NCBI RefSeq assembly: GCF_032062105.1
Contig: NW_026926967.1
Location: 186,001-250,000, forward strand
Origin: Saccostrea cucullata
Taxonomy: Eukaryota
Reading direction: 5' to 3'
DNA length: 64,000 nt
Positions 23,201 through 33,354 of the stretch are shown in pieces. Every line of letters begins with the position of its first letter. The first letter of the stretch is position 1. Made by a program: the position numbers and the translations under genes. The notes below the pieces were generated by a model, which saw nothing but the letters and a program-made list of their open reading frames with translations, was not told the origin of the DNA and made no database searches.

Positions 23201-25267
23201 GTTAAGGGATAGACCCTCAAACTTCACCGAAGAATCAAACACTCCACGTATCCTGTCTGGTTTCCTGGGATGGTACACTCCGAAAAGAGGCAAAAACCAA
23301 CACTCTTTTCCTGTTGGAACTGGTGGAGCGACCTCTAATGCACCACTCTCTGTGATAGATTTCATGAAGGTAATCATGTGTTCTCTCTTAATAGGATTCC
23401 TTTTCAGATCACTGTCCAACACCTGTGCACGTTTCAGGGCTTGAAGTCTGTTATTCTGCAGCTGAGGTCTTGGAGATCTAAAGGGAAGTGGAGCCTTCCA
23501 ACGTCCATCCTCATCTTTCACAAAGCCTTCATCCATGATTTTAATAAACTGATGATCTTCAAGAGACAGGTCGACCTGATCATCATCTGCTTTTCTTTTG
23601 AAGACATGGGCTCCAATGTCCTCATGGTTAGATGTGTCGTCCTCAGTGAGATGAAACTTGTTCGGACATGGTTGGAAAATGGACTGCCTTTCACTAGTTA
23701 TAACATTTGTCTTATAAACACTAACGTTTGAAGGCCTGTGTGCCCTGTTGAGACATACGTCTCCAATCACAACCCAACCCAGTCTAAGCTGTAGAGCGAA
23801 AGGTGAGTTCTTTGGTCCTAGTCTCTGAGATTGAACATGATGAGCTTCCAAAAGATCTCTACCTATTAAAACCAAAATCTCAGCGCACGGATCTATGGGT
23901 GGTAGAGGTAAGTCCTTCAGATGCGCATGGTGTTTTATTACCTCGAAGGTGGGTATTTCATGTTTTTCGTTAGGGATCTCGTCACATTCGGTGATTGTTG
24001 GCATCTCCATTACCACAGACCCATCCATTGTCGCAACCATTAGGTTAGATATCCGTCGACCGCTTTTCTGTACACGTCCGGCACAGGATGTTAGTGTGAA
24101 GAAATGGGCTTGGGAATTTGGTACACCCATAAAGTCAAAGAGTTCAGGCTTTGCAAGGGTAGCATTGCTCTGATCGTCTATTAGTGCATATAGAGTCAAG
24201 CACTTCTTCGGGTCATTCTTCGGATAGACGTTCACTAGGACCGCTTTCGCACATGAGCGTCCTTGGAAATGGGCTCCGCATACGGCGGTACATTTTGATA
24301 GAATCTGTTCTCCTCCTTTGAGAATGCGCTCCCCGCCATTCTGCTCAGGGGTTGCCTGGCTGTCTGGAGGCCTGTGGAGGGCTGTGGGGTGATGCACACT
24401 TCCGCACTCTGTACATTTAACACTTACATTACAAGATTTGAATACATGAGTGTCAGATTCGCAGCATTTATAGCACAGATTTTGTTCCCTAAGAAACTGT
24501 TTGCGTTCACGAATCGACTTCTTTCGGAATGCCTTGCACTCATTTAAAGTGTGACCCATTCCATGAATTGGACACTTTTTCTGGACACTAGAACAGCCTG
24601 TAGTTTCTGTGACACCTGTCTTCTTCACTGAGAAGGTTCCTTGCTGACCGCGATTTTGCTGCTGTGGTTTATAATTAGGATTGTCTGGCTTGGTCACTAA
24701 TCCTGGGTCATTTAGCATCCTTGCAGATTCTTCAATAAAGTCACAAAATACATGTATTTCAAACGGTGGATATGACACATTATGTAGCAGTATGTATTTA
24801 GATGCCTTTGTGGTCCACTTGGACTGCAAACTGTACGTAAGTTTTTGTAAAATAGGAAGAACTCCTACAGAAGTGTCAAAGTATGCGAAGAGAGGTCCTT
24901 GTTTGGGGTCATCCTTTAGCGATTTTATTTCGCAAAGTAGGTCTGACAAGTCATACAACTTTTTCATGTCGTTGTTCCCCAACCTCGGAAATTTGGCCAA
25001 TTTTAGCCGTATTGCAGACTCAACTAATTCTGGCGAACCGTATATCTCATGAAGTCTTCTCCAAAGGGCCTCACAACCCCTTACTGGGTTATGGGTTGTT
25101 GTGGCCTTCACCCTTCTTGCGTGTTCTCTTGATTCTGGTCCCAGCCACCTTATAAGTAGTTCCTCTGCCGGTGATACGGAGGCTTCCTGTATTACGGACT
25201 TGAAAGTAGTTTTCCATGCCAAGAAATTCTCAGGTTTATCGTCAAAGTTCACTAGTTTGTTAATCAT
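20300..25267 (-). CDS. BEL/Pao Gag-Pol (Cys/His knuckles, protease, RT, RNase H, integrase)
   Basis: CYKCCESDTH...C; LIDDQSNAT; FYVDD; VFSDASE; GVDVFGP/SDRGTNF/GGSWERMI. Confidence 0.95.
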   Translation of the reverse strand: MINKLVNFDDKPENFLAWKTTFKSVIQEASVSPAEELLIRWLGPESREHARRVKATTTHNPVRGCEALWRRLHEIYGSPELVESAIRLKLAKFPRLGNNDMKKLYDLSDLLCEIKSLKDDPKQGPLFAYFDTSVGVLPILQKLTYSLQSKWTTKASKYILLHNVSYPPFEIHVFCDFIEESARMLNDPGLVTKPDNPNYKPQQQNRGQQGTFSVKKTGVTETTGCSSVQKKCPIHGMGHTLNECKAFRKKSIRERKQFLREQNLCYKCCESDTHVFKSCNVSVKCTECGSVHHPTALHRPPDSQATPEQNGGERILKGGEQILSKCTAVCGAHFQGRSCAKAVLVNVYPKNDPKKCLTLYALIDDQSNATLAKPELFDFMGVPNSQAHFFTLTSCAGRVQKSGRRISNLMVATMDGSVVMEMPTITECDEIPNEKHEIPTFEVIKHHAHLKDLPLPPIDPCAEILVLIGRDLLEAHHVQSQRLGPKNSPFALQLRLGWVVIGDVCLNRAHRPSNVSVYKTNVITSERQSIFQPCPNKFHLTEDDTSNHEDIGAHVFKRKADDDQVDLSLEDHQFIKIMDEGFVKDEDGRWKAPLPFRSPRPQLQNNRLQALKRAQVLDSDLKRNPIKREHMITFMKSITESGALEVAPPVPTGKECWFLPLFGVYHPRKPDRIRGVFDSSVKFEGLSLNNVLLSGPNMTNDLLGVLLRFRMNKVAIMADIEKMFYSFLVREEDRDFLRFFWYKNNDTEEDLMEYRMKVHVFGNTPSPAVATYGLRKTVEDQDEDVRKYVIRNFYVDDGLISLPTSAEAIDLLRRTQSALKKANIRLHKIVSNDVEVMEAFPSEDLEKNLMALDIGSDDLPVQQSLGLAWDINADSFTYNTHIPVKPFTKRGLLSVINSLFDPLGFIAPIVIHGRILYREMGEHNSSWDDPLPEGREKEWLEWKDSLHSLEGLHIPRMFTPLSLSCADLKELHVFSDASEKAISAVVYLRTVSSSGDIQVGFVIGKSKIAPLQSTTIPRLELCAAVLGTELAQIVIRHLDIDPDSANYYTDSKVVLGYLNNQTRRFYNYVSNRVSVIHRRSKPQQWSFVPTSQNPADIGTRCLTSVEQLAESDWLRGLPLLRSPQPDEEMLTFPLISPDMDKEIRPEVSVKKTEIHTPLVTRFEHFSTWKSLVRAITNLKKICKLRKGNINLPSQSVKDTQEVELFIIRTVQAFFYEEEIKLIRDNKSLPSSSSILNLHPFIDDQDILRVGGRLNQAPLSFDEKNPIILPAKSHVAKLIVTHLHEKVYHQGRLITEGKVRSSGFWIVGCKKLVNSIIHKCVVCKKLRGKLECQRMSDLPADRVTPGPPFSAIGVDVFGPWSVVARKTRGGLSHSKRWAVLFSCLTSRAIHIEVIGEMSASSFINALRRFVSLRGPVKEIRSDRGTNFVGALDVIQAEAIYTEKGPLKDYLHDNKITWTFNPPHASHRGGSWERMIGISRKILDSMLLNPTVKQLSHEVLCTFMCEVCAIVNSRPICSVSCDPDNPYVISPSMLLTQKSFPDILLKDSSDIKEIYKAQWKHVQHLSDTFWKRWKDGYLQHLQRRTKWQSEHLDIKVGDVVLLREKELHRGQWPMGLIVQVFKSDSDQKVRTVQVRVVRDGKDTTYIRPITELVLLID

Positions 25268-26167
25268 TAGTTCATAGCTTTTTTGAGAAGAAAACTTGTA
25301 AACTCGCTGTGTTTTGGTTCAAACGGATCAAGTGCACGACACGGAGAAAGCATCCTCGTGGACTCAACTGGCTGTTGGTGAATTTCCTCAACATATCTTC
25401 TGGTTCGCTTCATAGGGTCCTCCCTCTCCAGAACTGGTCCGACTATAGACTGTGATGAGATTGATATGTAATCTTGCATGTTTTCCAGTGCGCGTAGTTT
25501 GGCTTCAGCTACTGCAGCATCTCTTTGGGCTCCAAGAACCTCCAAATCAACTTGAATAGATGCCTGTTCCTTCCTAAGTTTGGCTTCTCTCTGTGTGTAC
25601 TCTAATTTTGCCTTTGCCTCCTCAGCTTCCATACGTTGTTGAGCTAATGAGATGCTGTGAGATGAACTACGAGATGAATGCGAAGTCCTACGGGAGCGAG
25701 CAGATGTATTATCTGGAATAACCTTTGGTTGGGGAGGACTCACTCTTGGTTCCGTTTTAACCTGGATTTGTTTCTGACTGTAGTCAACAAACGATTTCCT
25801 TGATGCATCTAATTCATGCATAAAGTCATTCACTTTGTCTTCCAGTGAACGCATAACTAAGTCTTGTGATGCCATTTCTCTGTAGCTCTCATCTGAGTTT
25901 GATCTTTCTAGGAAAGCCATGAAATCTTCATGAAGATCACGATACTCCAACATCAGTCTGCCAAATTCTGTCTCTCTGTAGAACATAAGACTCTTTTGAA
26001 TGTGAAGCTTTTTCTTTCATTTCCTCTTCCAATTTCCTTCTGAGTTTTTGCTGTTTGCTCCAGAAACTTGTCACTTTTTGTTCAAATAGTTCCTTTCCGA
26101 CAAAGGTAAGTTTTGTTTTTCTCTTTGGGCGACCCATGGCCTCATGTGTTGGATCATCTGGATCCAT
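25267..26167 (-). CDS. BEL/Pao Gag N-terminal coiled-coil region, split by frameshifts
   Basis: ORFs 25937..26167 and 25267..25986 are collinear with the polyprotein; Ser-rich segment followed by coiled coil. Confidence 0.8.
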
Positions 26168-27021
26168 CGCTGCAGTGTGCTGAATGCTGATCCAGTCTTT
26201 TTACTGTTATGGGACGAATTCACTAGAACACACTGTATCCCATTTCTTTATTAGTAAAAAGCTAAAATCAAAACAAAACAAACAATCAGTTTACAATTAA
26301 CCAATAAACTGTAATAATAATGACAAGATAATTCAGGATTTTCAATTATGACCATAATGTGTTTCCATAGTTTTCTAATATCTTATGCAATAAAGATCAC
26401 AACTGGCTTCCATACTTTTAAAATCAATTAGCAACCACGTGTATCATGTTTCGTTCAATTACTACACAAATAAAGCTTGATTTCACATCAATTACATAGA
26501 AAAAGATGGATTCGATTCATATCGACATAATATAGTGTGATATTGTATGCATATACAACATTTCAATTGCAAACATCGCAATACACAAATCTGCGCACTA
26601 TGCAGAAAATAGGTCATGTCAGCCAACCGACAAATCAAGAAATTGTGCATCTTAACACAGTATGCATTCCTATGCACCCTAGAATAACAATCTATTTCAT
26701 AAGTTTACACAATTAAAGCATTAAAGTAAACAACTTACACTATGGAACTGCATTAATCACTGCAAATGAAGTGAGTCAACGTGCTCTGCTCTTGCCGACA
26801 TTACAAAAACAAAAGTAAGTCGTACGTAAAATGTTTCGTAAAACATCACAGGGGGGAAAACTGGGTTATAACTTATTCCATGCATTTAATATTTTCTTTT
26901 TCTTTACAGATAAAAGAGAACTGGAGAAGAATGAATTGATGTTAACATACTCAACATTAAATTTGGCTTAACTCTAAATATGTCTTTTGTTGTGATTGCT
27001 TCAAGAGCAATTAGGATCAGG

Positions 27022-27310
27022 AAAGAATGGGTGGACTTAACGCCCTATTTTGGATCTTTTTGAGACTACTCTAACAAGTTGAAAATAAAGTGAATCCAAA
27101 ATTTATTACAACCACTAGAAAGAGCGACGTATACATGGTTATTTTAGCTAGAACATATGTACAAAAGCAATACCTTGTTGCCATGAATTAAACTTGAAAC
27201 AACGATACATTAGTGTCATGTTCCGGAATTTGACGTGTACCCGGAGTGGTTTTTAGGTTGCGCTATCAATATTAATAGGAGGCGGGGCTATCGATCGGTG
27301 TCATTGTTGA

Positions 27311-27352
<42 letters not shown>

Positions 27353-27988
27353 TCTCTCTCTAGAAATTCAAATACGTGTTTGGAATATTACATTTATGTC
27401 ATTATGATTTTTTTTTAAATGTGAGGACACGCAAAATTAAAACAACATTTAATGTGCTAAATTCTGAAAACGGCACCAAACATAGTGATTTAAATCTAGG
27501 TCAGGTTGAAGAATACAATGTAACTGTTTCCACGAGTACACTCGCAGGTGGACATCACGTGATGAATTGTAATATTCAACAGGTCAATCGAAGCCGTAAC
27601 AATGGAAGCGAGAAGTTTGTTTGGAACATGTTTTTTGTTAAATTAAGTGTGAGCGCACATTTGTCGGCTCTTCTCCTTTTAATATGACATTATTTTGTTC
27701 AATATACAACTACAGTTTTCGTAAGAACAGACGACAAACATGCGCTGACTATGTATTCAGACGATGAAAAATGCGTGACCCTGATTATCTATTGATATTC
27801 AACAAAACTTCAGTTACCATGCCTTCGATATTTATTTAGTTTACCTCGAAAAGAGCATTTTAAATTCACATCCGTACCATAAATACACAGTTAAGATATC
27901 GGGGGTTTATATGATGGAAAAAAATTAACATTTTATGGAACTTAAATTTGTAGCATTTTTTCTGGCCAGTTAAGTCCACCCATTCTTT
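27022..27988. mobile_element. TIR element (Kolobok-like) containing a (CT)n tract
   Basis: 20-bp TIR AAAGAATGGGTGGACTTAAC / GTTAAGTCCACCCATTCTTT; TTAA at the right end only; (CT)n at 27314-27361. Confidence 0.7.
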
Positions 27989-28770
27989 AAAGTGAAGGAT
28001 AACCATAAAGTGGATCATTCAACAGATGAAAAGAAAATAAGCCTTTGAGGGAAATTATGTCAAATGGATGAATTGAATATTTAAATTGCACGTTATTTTT
28101 GTTTCACCAACGTTTACAATATGTGAAAAAAATGTTCAAAACATGTGTTTAACCATGGTTTGACACATTTTTGTATGGTATTTATACTTTTACAATACCA
28201 GTATGAGCAGTGCAAATAATAAACCCATTAAACATGTTATGAGACACATATGTTACACTCACGTTGCACGTACGTTATTCATATGTGAAACATATGAGTA
28301 ACGTACATGTACGTGTGCAATATATGAGTAACGTATGGTAGGCAATACGTATGTTTAACATACGTGTCACGCATGATATTCACACGTGTGAAAACATACG
28401 TATAACGTACGTGGTGCTTTTTTCATGGAAAACGTACGTGAAGTCACGTACGTGTCACATACGTTTAACATACGTGAAACGTACGTAGCACAATTAGCTG
28501 ACATGACGGGGAAAGCGTCAATTTTTACATCGCATGTAGATTAAAGTGTTAGGATTGTTTTATTTTAGCTAAAATATGCTGTTATAAAGTTGAACATTTG
28601 AAAGTTAAATATCCATATTCCTTTCGTAAGTCCAAAATGCACATAGTCAAAAATAAAGAAAAATTATGTGTTAAACACCCCCTTACACGTCCGTAGACAA
28701 TGTTAGAATTTAAGAATTGTGTTTATATTGGACTGGCACAAGTGATAAACAAAAACAAATTGAAGATATT

Positions 28771-29546
28771 TGTAACAGGGGTGGTGATGAAGAACAACAC
28801 GTACTCCTCTGTCACGGTTCAGGTCTTATATTTATTCAGACACAGTGAGCTTATGATATACAAATGTTTACATAGCCCTGAAAATAATAAAACAACAATA
28901 TAATAGCACATCAATTCAATCCTATTAATCATATATACATTTAGCTCTCATAATTAACATATTCATAATGATATATTATAGATGATAAGTATATATGTAC
29001 ATTTACTCTCAATTAAGGGAGATAACTCGTACAGTCAATATATGGACATTACATATCTTCTCCCATATAAAGTAGGCATAAAAAGTAGTACTGATAAAAA
29101 CAAATAATTCCTCCCCATTCTGTGGGAAAAGGCTTCCACAATGATATGGTGGTTACAGCTTTAATTAACATGTATATTGACTCAGAAAATGAAATTTGTC
29201 AGTCTCCAAAGTCAATGTCATGGGAGGCCATGAAAAACACAGTCTTGGTCATTTACTCAACAAGACAAAGAATGAACAGTTTGGCGGTAAAACCAATGAC
29301 CATAAGAATAAAACCAATGAAATCCAACTTCACAACCAAACTACCAATAAGAATCAATAACACTCCAAAACCTTTCACCTGCCCTTAGGTAACTAATTAT
29401 CTATATACAGGTGTACAGGTAAAGGGCTAAGGATATAAAGGAGCGGATCAAGCTTTTTATACCTTTGTATATTATGGTAGTTTAATATTTTACATTAAAT
29501 TTAAAACACTTATTTATTAAGTACGCATATAATACACACTACTACA
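28771..29546 (-). mobile_element. Possible solo LTR
   Basis: TGT...ACA ends; minus-strand AATAAA about 60 nt before the terminal TTACA; flanks TATT/TATA (imperfect TSD). Confidence 0.4.
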
Positions 29547-31353
29547 TATACTCTGTGAATCTACAAGAAAAGTATGTGCTCTAACTGAATTTTGCTGGGA
29601 GATTATGTGTAGTTTATCCATATTTGCATAAATCGCAACAAAGAGTGGAAAGTACCCACTATTATGTTGGTAAGCTGAGTTTCTCGTAAAATATTTTCTT
29701 ACCGATCAAAAAATTTAACCTGCCCCCAGCACTTTCTATTTACCAGAGATCACAATTAATCGATCTATGTAACAAATTTTGCACAATATTTTTGTTTTGC
29801 ACTTGTGCCGAAGCGATTTTTGTTTTTTTTTTTGGAATATCATGAATCTCCGTCACGTGATCAACACAGTCATGTGACATCACAAAAATGCTTTATTATA
29901 ATACCTGACTATATATTACATCAAGTTGACTGCAATATAAAACATGGATTACATACTGAAATCTGAATCTTGCTCAAAATAAATGACTATATTTTAAAGG
30001 CATTTAAAGCCTTCGGACAGCCTTATCATAACTGCGAAATATAACACGAACAATGGTGACAAATATTACACAAACAATCAAGTTATTCATGAAAAACTAC
30101 CTTGATTACACATATTACACGAAGGATCCTTCGAGCACATTATTCTACACGTTACACGATCTTTAACGATTGCTTACGCAAACCCAAGATTCTTCACATG
30201 TTTCATTCCCACATAATTATTTACAATATCTAGGAGTGGGTATTTTAAAAATCAAAAACCACATACATACACTGTAATGTCAATCAGAATCTCAAGCATC
30301 TTTTAAATATCGACTTCAGGGCACTTTAATTAACAACCAGAATGTTTTAACGAAATAAGTTTGCAAATGAGCAGTTAAAAGGTACATGTATGTAAATTAA
30401 TGAGTTACATAATTATTCTTTAAAAAACAGCTGTCAACAATGTCAATTAGCCTGAACTTTAATTAACCGTGGGAAATAACTTTCATCCATTGTGAGAAAA
30501 GGTTGTATATATCCTATTAAAGCTTAAGGCTTTATGTTGTTGATTTCGGTTAAAAAAATATTCATAGTTTTCAAAAAATTACATATCAAAATCTTATTTA
30601 CACCACTTGTAAAATACTGGTACTTTGTTGCACTGCACTCTTAAATGTTCTTTACTTCTGTTAATGTTTCATTGATGAGCAAAGCAAAGGGCTTGGTAGA
30701 ACATTTTTATAGAACCCACTATGTATCTCTACACTTGATATTTGTTAAGTTTAGGTATCCAATATATATATGGTTTTTCCTATTCATTTTGGTCGTTGGG
30801 AATATTAAAAATATTCAAAACCGACATAGAATTTTGAAGAATTTGTCCAAAGAAAGGGTTCTATGACTCAAACGTGCGGATTGCCAATTGTAGAATCCAA
30901 TCCAAGTTCCTTTTAAATATAATTTGAATATCCTACAAACAAAAAAAGTTAATTATTTCAAAACTCCTACGTAAAAAAAAGATAACAATTCACTTTCAAG
31001 ATCACAATTTAAATAAAGCTAACATATTCATATCAAATTGTTGCTCCATAGTAACAAAAACTTATTAAGATCGAGTCTTAAATAGATAATCTTTTTTCTG
31101 GTTTGAGAAATAACTCATCTACACACATCTCCAATTTCAAAGGAACCATTTAACAATTTCGTTTAGAAGTATGTTTCTGACTACTGCATTATGAAGCCAG
31201 CTGTCATTGTTTGATATTTACCTTTTGTCAAAGAAATAAAATTAATAGGAATTCTAATAACGCTTCAACCTGTTTCTTCCCATAAATTTTGTTGTCAAGC
31301 ACTTCGAATTCTGTGTAGCTTATCTTCGACATCTGTGCCAGTCACTCAAAGTG

Positions 31354-31361
31354 TATATAAA
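31354..31361 (+). promoter_or_regulatory. TATA box of the hemagglutinin gene, followed by a short non-coding exon ending at 31416
   Basis: TATATAAA about 60 nt upstream of the donor AG|GTACGT. Confidence 0.55.
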
Positions 31362-31537
31362 TCTTAAAAAAGCTATCATTCAGGTGAGCATAAAAACATT
31401 GCAATTCGTGAAAGAGGTACGTTTTTGTTTTTTTTTAATGTTTTTTAAAACCATTGATATATTTTTGCCTCTTTTCTATTTAGATACATTTTCGATTATA
31501 TTTAAGTATGTATCCTGCAAAAAACTTTAATTTTCAG

Positions 31538-33354
31538 ATGACAGAGTTAAGAGAGAAACACCAAGCAATTTTATTTTCCCTGTGTTTGGTCCTGGCTTTC
31601 AAAGAAGCTTTGAGTTTCAAAAACAAATGGGATGGTCCTCTTAACTTCAGTTGTCGATCCCCAAATGAATTTATTGATGCAATTGTATCATTCCATCACA
31701 ATCATTATGAAGACAGAAGGTACGAACTCCATTGTGGTACAGCTCTAAAACATGGGAGGGATGTAAATTGTCATTGGACAGGTAAAAGTCTTTACATTAT
31801 TTCGGAGTTAAAATTTCAAAAACTAGCTTTCGATATATTTTACAGTTGAAGTGAAATTATTTTTATCCAAAGAATACGTCAATAGGTATTTTCATTTAAA
31901 ACAGATACATTAACTAAATAACATTTTTGTGAAAATATTTAGTTATTGACTGTCTAGAACATTGAATCATTTTCATATAACCACAACGAGAAATTGATAA
32001 TCAAATTATTATTGAGGTAATCATTTTTTCCAGATAAAGATCTAGACTCATATGACAAACAAAATTTAAACGTTATGGTAGACTTTACAATAATTATTAA
32101 TTTTCTCTATTACCGTATATACTCGCCTATTAGTCGGAATTTTGGGAGTTAATCTCTTCTCCAAAACTCTATGTCTGACTTATAGGCGAGCTATAAAATG
32201 AATGGTATTATATGAGATCAGTCCCTCTGATACATAAGCTTATTGAATACAACCGACGTATAGGTGGACCATCTTATAGGCGAGTATATATGGTACGTAT
32301 CAATAAACACTTATCACTGGCATTCATCTATTGTAATTTTGCCCCAACGATTCAATTACCAAGAGGATGTAACAATTAATTTTGAAGATTAGACCTCCTC
32401 AGGTATTCCAAGAGTCCATGCTATCTTCATTAAACCTACTGTTTACAATATTTATGAGATATATCATTTTCAACTTCATCTTTTCTTCATTTTTGCAACT
32501 TAAAGGATACGTCAACGACTTTGATCATGCTGTACACTACCGATGTCCTGGTGCTGGGTACATCAACGGCATGGCAAGCTATCACCACAATGCTTATGAA
32601 GATAGACGCCATAGATTCCGTTGCTGCGGCCCTAAAAGTTTAAGTACGTTTAATACCTCGAATCACTCTGAATAAAAAAATAAGCATAATTTTTTAACAG
32701 TAAAAGCCACATTTTCACACATGATTCATCCTCCCGTACTATTTGCCAGTACAACTGAAATTGTTCTTGAAGTTTTGTTGTATTTTTTTAACCCTACATT
32801 TTCAAAATGGTCATTTAATTGTGTTGTATCTACTATTATGCTGGTACATTATACGACTTGCTCTATACATAACCCTTGCTTCTTCTTTGCAGATTATCAA
32901 TACAAACAGTGTCGTTGGACGGGCTGGGTGAATCATTATGACCAGCCAGTGGTATATTTTGTACCAAAAGGTTATGTACTGCGTGGAGTCAATAGTGTCC
33001 ATCACAACCATTATGAGTGAGTGTAAACTTATTATTATTAGGACATTTCCGAAGAAAGTCCGCCTTAATACACTCTGAAAACTATCATTTTCCTTCTATC
33101 CATTTATCAATCCATCCATTTTCCATTAAATAACATCTGCTCCTGAACAAAGTTTATTGAATATAGACATAATATGGACAATTAAAGTGAGGGCTTAGCC
33201 CCCAACACTATATTTTATGGGTTTAGCACACATATCCTCTCTTAACACTTTTTTAAACAATTTACACATGTTTAAGCTGTGTTTTATACAGAACTTTTTT
33301 TTTTTCAGAGATCGACGATTCCAGTTTGAAGTTTGTAAATTGGTGAAAAAGTAA
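31538..33354 (+). CDS. Hemagglutinin/amebocyte aggregation factor-like secreted protein (dermatopontin family), ~183 aa; coding exons 31538-31781, 32506-32643, 32893-33016, 33309-33354
   Basis: Signal-peptide-like N-terminus; three repeats of N.[WFY]D...SxHHNxYEDRR...C; GT-AG introns with compatible phases (1,1,2). Confidence 0.92.
32113..32293. mobile_element. Intronic Tc1/mariner-type MITE
   Basis: TA|CCGTATATACTCGCCTAT ... ATAGGCGAGTATATATGG|TA. Confidence 0.85.

Larger units (their letters stand above)
19530..26850 (-). mobile_element. BEL/Pao LTR retrotransposon, full length and very recent
   Basis: 646-bp TG...CA LTRs (19530-20175, 26205-26850) with only one difference noticed; 5-bp TSD GGGGG; PPT AGGCGGGGAG. 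Confidence 0.97.
2296..28494. mobile_element. Putative large non-autonomous TIR element hosting nested insertions
   Basis: ATTGTGCCACGTACGT (2296-2311) versus ACGTACGTAGCACAAT (28479-28494) is a 15/16 inverted match. Each end has a subterminal array of ACGTACGT/CATATG/ACATGT palindromes. TSD unclear. Confidence 0.5.

Noticed and set aside
20493-25155. Many plus-strand ORFs within the BEL/Pao element
   Set aside because: Antisense shadows of the polyprotein with no motifs.
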